Below are positions 60,896 through 64,000 of a stretch of 64,000 nt of DNA, piece by piece (position 1 is the first letter of the stretch; every line of letters starts with the position of its first letter). The DNA lies in NCBI GenBank assembly GCA_003971905.1, contig RSEE01000004.1, forward strand, positions 124,001 through 188,000, in the 5' to 3' direction. A program made the position numbers and the translations under genes. The notes under the pieces are model-generated. The model had not been told where the DNA came from and searched no databases. It saw nothing but the letters and a program-made list of their open reading frames with translations. The stretch is from Moniliella sp. 'wahieum'. Its lineage: Eukaryota.

Positions 60896-63769
60896 ATGCA
60901 TCCGTCCGGCATGTTTGATGCCCAACAGCGGAGTAAGGACCTGGCCTCGCCAATCCCCGTCAGCATCGCCTCCTGGCCCTCCGCCACCGGCTCGCCACAA
61001 ATCCACGTGCTATCCAGCGACGAAGAGTCTGCCGCGGAGGATGGTCCCGATTCCTATGATTCTGATGGCAGCGGTAACGCAGTGGCTGTGCCGCCAGTCC
61101 CAACGCCTGCAGCCCCGTTCGTCCCGTGTCCTCCTTTCTTCAGGAAGTACCCCAAGACTCTTTGGTTGCCAGCAACAGCATGGCCCACACAATCAGCGAA
61201 GCTGATATGACACGTGCCAGCCTTCGCCTGTTCTCCCGGGAGTCAGCCAGGAGCCTGTTTCCCGCATCCAGCTCGAGACATCCGAGGACCTTTCCTATCC
61301 CCGTTCGTCGTCACCTTCCTCGGAAAGTTCGGACGTTTTGGACGATGAACACAAGCTTAATGAACATATTGATGAGGTGCAACCAGAGGAGGTCGAATTT
61401 CGAGTAAACTGCACTGGAACGGGGATGCCTATGATCGTCATTCTTCCGAAGAATCCTCCCATCAACCGGGGGTAGTGGGAGACACATGTTTGCTGCACGA
61501 TACGCCCTCGTCGGAATTGCCCGAAGAACGCACCGTGCCAGTTAGATCTCAATCACCCGTCCCAGTTTTACATGCAGAAGACGAGATGGACAAGACGCTC
61601 TTATCCAGTCCGATGCATGAAACTTACTTTAATAGAGGTGCAATGATTCCAGACCGTGGCCCTGCCCACAACGACCGCACCTATTATCCCGCTCTCGATG
61701 TGTTCGGTGAGGGCGACCGCATTGACGATACGACTAAATACGACTTGGAGCAGCTCGGACCCGTGTCTGATGAAGAATTGGCACACGATGTATCGTCCCC
61801 TTTGCCCGAACTGTCGGGCGAATCGGCGACACAGTCCAACGAGTCGGAGGGGGATGACGACTTGGTTGATGAAGACAGTCCGCGCCCAGAGTCAACTATG
61901 TCCCCAACCCGGTTGAAAACACCTTCCAGACCTCCCCCAATCTTTTGATTTGTGGAACACTAAGCTCCAAGCCCCCTTTGAAGCCCCTTCCCTGCTTCCA
62001 AAGGGTGCAGCCGAGGCCACGAGCGCTGCATCTGGGGTCGTGTCCGTGCAGGTGAGACTTTGGGGTCAAACTGCAAATCTCAGCCCATGCAACTGTCCTT
62101 TCGGGGACAAAGGACACGGTGGATGGCATGGATACCAGGGTGGAAGAGACAAACAAGTCTTGTCTGGTACTTTGCTTCCGTGATGGTGGTCTTAGCCTTT
62201 TGCGCGAGGACGATTCGACCATTGAGCCCGCGTTGGCCGCAACTCTTGCGGCACCTGAGATGACATTGAGCTGGCCGGCCCCCTGGGATAAAGGAACGCA
62301 ATTGCCTCCGCCCTCGCGTTGTATCAAGAAGGACCCGGACGGTGACGGATGGATGGAAGAGATGCGGTTTCCCCTCCCCCGAATCGCTACCCTCACTGCT
62401 AGTGAAGTTGCAATGCCCTTGGCCCAAATTATCCTCGGCCGCAACAGAATCGAGGTTCAAGTCGCAATCATGGCGCGGTGGAAGGGTGTGCTTGAAGACT
62501 CTCCGGAAGTTCTTCCATCTTCAGTCGTGTGGCAGCCGGACACCTTTGGCGAAAAAAAGTGGGACCTGGGCAGCCCATGATGGATAACACACTCCATGCA
62601 TGGCGGATGTTGGCGCTGTACAACTTCAATGGCTCTTCGACTGCAACAAATCGAGGGTGGTGTCAGGCCAACACGTGCGCTTGGACGTGACACCAGCGGC
62701 GGTGAAGGCAACCGACCTAGGTTCAACTCATGGGACACACCTCGTCCATGGATACGATAGTACGACGCTCAATCCCAAGGATTCATCGGACTGGGAAACG
62801 ATAAAGTCGGCGCGGATCGTGCTCGGACGCCATCGCAAGTCGCGTGAGGCGGAAACAGTACACCGCCGGGTGGAAGCTTCTGTATGTCTCCTCTTGGTCA
62901 CTGAGTATGGCATATTGACTTGCTCTCCCACTATCATTTTTTATCACAGATTACATTTGATATGGAACCCGCTAAGGTGTTGCTCAATCTGCCCGCGAGC
63001 GGAAGTAGCATTGCCAGTACAAATGTCCGTCCGCACTTGCCCGACCGTCGTCGACGGATGCTTTGGCGTGACTGGGGCCGATCACGGCCGCGACTGCAGG
63101 TACTGGACGGTCCGTATGGGGCCGGGTGCCGCCTCCGCCGTTGTCCAACCGGGTACACATTGCTCAACCTGCGGCTTCTAGGCCCCTTAGTTTTCAGCAC
63201 TCGCCGCTGCGACCCTCAGTGTGGATGCCGTCCCGTGACGATAAGCGCATGAACCACGGCAAAGGATTCTTCCGCCGCTCATTACACGCCGCGACGATTC
63301 CGTGGCGAATATCATGGACCAGCAAACGGCCAACGCTGCGTCACCCATTCCAGGCCCAGCGCATTTGGATGAGATCAACTGTCTCTCACCTGATGAGGTG
63401 GTCCCGCCGGTCGACCCTCATCTGAACGGGAACCACGGTCCAGTTGCACCGCCCGAGGAACCTATTGAAGAAGCACCTGTGCCGGATGAGCAAGAGAATT
63501 TCTCTTTCGAACATCCTGAACAGCATGTGGACCAAGAGGCGGATGTGACACTTGTTGCTATTCCTACATCGCCGATGGCGAAAGAGGCTGGACCAAGCCT
63601 GAAGCGCAAGCGGGCATCCGAGCCTGAAGACATACAAGACCAGCAGCAGCAGGCGCCGCCTACAAAGCGCGTTATGCGGGAACGCGTACGCGACTTGTTG
63701 TTGGGCGGAATAGTGGGTGCTGTCGCCACTTTCACTTCGCTTGCAGCTTTGGGAGCTAGCTTGGAGTAA
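60896..63769 (+). CDS. FHA-domain protein with a long acidic N-terminal region and a C-terminal tail anchor; may be one or two genes
   Basis: FHA motifs IILGRN, VVSGQHVRL and TDLGSTHGT (about 62430-62750). Intron 62882-62949. C-terminus LKRKR..LLLGGIVGAVATFTSLAALGASLE*. Upstream acidic Ser/Pro-rich ORFs span 60764-61948. Confidence 0.65.
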
Positions 63770-64000
63770 ATTGCCCAACTAGACTGCCTTACCTGGATTC
63801 ATGTTCATACGTGTTTTGCGTTTTGATACTTTTGGTACTATACTACGTCTCGCTTCGACTTCTCGCCCATCTTACTTTTTCATGCCTCTTCTCCCTTCTT
63901 CCCTTATCGGTTCTCATTTCTCTCTGCCTCCCTGCTCTACCCTGCGCACCGGATTAGCTACTGTTGATTTTCCTATGATCTCTCGCCGCCATATTGCCGC

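Overview
Gene-dense, GC-rich fungal DNA with few, short GT-AG introns carrying CTRAC branch sites. It is most likely a basidiomycete, possibly Ustilaginomycotina (inference). About 22 protein-coding genes and one intron-containing tRNA-Leu(AAG) can be recognised: WDR7-like, GH16, ARG4, IRC3-like helicase, RPF2, bHLH factor, GEP4, SF3B4/HSH49, LisH-CTLH-CRA protein, CDC42, TRAPPC11, a Sel1-repeat protein, APS2, BDP1, GH20, PRCC-like, a type I membrane protein, DOP1, HIS1, site-2 protease and an FHA tail-anchored protein. Nearly every gene is broken by single-base frameshifts, mostly at homopolymers, which is best explained by unpolished long-read indel errors. Gene ends are therefore approximate and single-residue oddities need read-level confirmation. 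I found no transposon, CRISPR array, rRNA or secondary-metabolite cluster, and no clearly new multi-gene system. The best leads are: (1) GEP4 apparently continuing without a stop into an internal presequence-like segment plus a TM/coiled-coil module; (2) a site-2 protease with an HExxxH zinc motif; (3) an IRC3-like helicase with duplicated AT-hooks; (4) recurrent 7-bp-period tandem arrays of different 6-bp palindromes in promoter regions, including 5x ACGCGT.
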